Origin: Paraspadella gotoi
Lineage: Eukaryota > Animalia > Chaetognatha
DNA length: 8,942 nt
NCBI GenBank assembly: GCA_051294375.1
Contig: JBJCIZ010001517.1
Coordinates: forward strand, 1-8,942
Direction of reading: 5' to 3'
The position numbers were made by a program, and so were the translations under genes. Of this stretch, positions 7,836-8,942 are shown piece by piece. Within the stretch, counting starts at the first letter, position 1; every line of letters begins with the position of its first letter. The notes under the pieces are model-generated. The model was not told where the DNA came from, ran no database searches, and saw nothing but the letters and a program-made list of their open reading frames with translations.

Positions 7836-8204
7836 GAGTCCGAGATTAAAATTAGGCAAATAAAAAAGGTTGTTATTTTATCACTGAAATAAAAATACTT
7901 AAATAACAGCTCACAAAATACTAAAATTGATGAAAATATTATTCCGATAAACATTGTTTAATCATGATGCAATATAATTAGTAAGGGCGGGCAAAATTGA
8001 ACTTTTTTTAAACTTCTAGTTCTCTTAAAACTTTTTTTTTCCTTTTACCTATTTCTAAAATCGATTTTCAATGTAACTTTTTTGAATTAGTTCAATTGGA
8101 GTTGTTTGGCCAACTGAAGCTTTTAAAAAATATTTATTATTATATATAATAATTATATAAAGTTTTGACGGAATTGTGCAGTGGAAATGAGATTTAGAAT
8201 TGGA

Positions 8205-8850
8205 AAAAACATAAGTCACATTTACTTTAATCTTTAATAATAATGATTCAACTAATAAATTTTACATTAATTAATTAATTTAATTTGAAAAGAATTGGTC
8301 AAGTTAAAAAGAATCGTAAACATAAAGATTCTCGCAATTGCATAAAGAGAGAGAGAGAGAAGGAGAGAGAGAGAGAGAGACGAGAGAGTGGAGAGAGTGG
8401 AGAGAGAGTGAGAGAGTAGAGAGAAGAGCAAGGAGAACCATAAATAAATAGAGGATATTTGTTTGATGAAAAAAAACATAAGTCACTTTTCTTGATCTTT
8501 AATATTAATCGGATACTACTGAATAAATGTTTAAATTAATTAGTTAATTAATTAATTAATGTGAAAAGTGAGAGAGTGATTGAGAGAGAGAGATGAAGGA
8601 GATCTATAAAAAAAATAGAGATATTTTAGATAGAAAAAACAAATCACATTTTTCGAAATCTTTATATTAATGATTACTAATAAATGTTTAATTAATTAGT
8701 TAATTAATTAATTAATGTGAAAAATTAATGGCAAGTTAAAAAAAAATCTTAAACAGCATAAAGATCGTCGGCATTGCATAAAAGAGGAGAGAGGAGTGTA
8801 GAGAGACAAAGAGGACACTAAAATAAATAAAGGATTATTTGTTTTGTTTT
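8205..8850 (+). repeat. Three tandem copies of a ~160-265 bp module
   Basis: AAAAAACATAAGTCACATTT...TAATAAAT(G)TTTA..(TTAA)n...(GA)n restarts at ~8205, ~8470 and ~8634. Confidence 0.85.
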
Positions 8851-8942
8851 GATAAAATGTAAACAAAACATATTAATAACTGTCCTAACACCAATTTTAA
8901 GGACATCGATGAGATAGAGTTGAAATATAATTAAAAATTAAT

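Larger units (their letters stand above)
5575..8942. repeat. Right arm of giant imperfect inverted repeat (runs off the window)
   Basis: Reverse complement of 2175-5165 with the same module order mirrored. Confidence 0.95.
5628..8942 (+). mobile_element. Long composite non-autonomous Helentron-like element, copy C
   Basis: T-rich flank, then hairpin TCGGATCTGC-TTAATTAG-GCAGATCCCCGA, then a ~110 bp conserved block, then (GTCY)n at 5771-5845, then tandem core units. This is the order seen at DINE-1/HINE 5' ends. Confidence 0.6.

Noticed and set aside
7337-7954. ORFs of 205, 121, 111 and 66 aa
   Set aside because: (GA)n/(CT)n translations (ERER/LSLS) with no domain signal.
2175-8942. Autonomous transposon, LTR element or telomeric repeat
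   Set aside because: No transposase, Rep/helicase or RT coding capacity, no direct LTR pair, and no canonical telomeric repeat is visible.

Overview
This is an AT-rich, repeat-dominated window that looks eukaryotic. It has no credible complete gene, and all supplied ORFs fall in microsatellite or repeat DNA. The main structure is a large imperfect inverted repeat: the left arm (~2175-5165) is the reverse complement of the right arm (~5575-8942, running off the window), with a ~410 bp very AT-rich loop between them. Each arm is a modular element containing (CT)n/(GA)n tracts, about 7 copies of a ~150-190 bp satellite-like core unit, an 18-bp minisatellite, an (ACGG/GTCY)n microsatellite and a terminal GGATCTGC-loop-GCAGATCC hairpin next to a T-run. 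This architecture matches non-autonomous Helentron-associated elements (HINE / DINE-1 / pearl type). A third, compact copy of the same family lies at ~1035-1570. The symmetry continues past the element termini into shared flanking DNA, which gives a foldback-like giant palindrome. The arms differ by whole-module gains and losses, which argues against a simple read fold-back artefact. Positions 1-1037 are unique sequence with a weak minus-strand coding signal resembling a CPSF160/DDB1-type beta-propeller segment. Many scattered small indels suggest the sequence may be noisy. All alignments were done by eye, and no database search was run.
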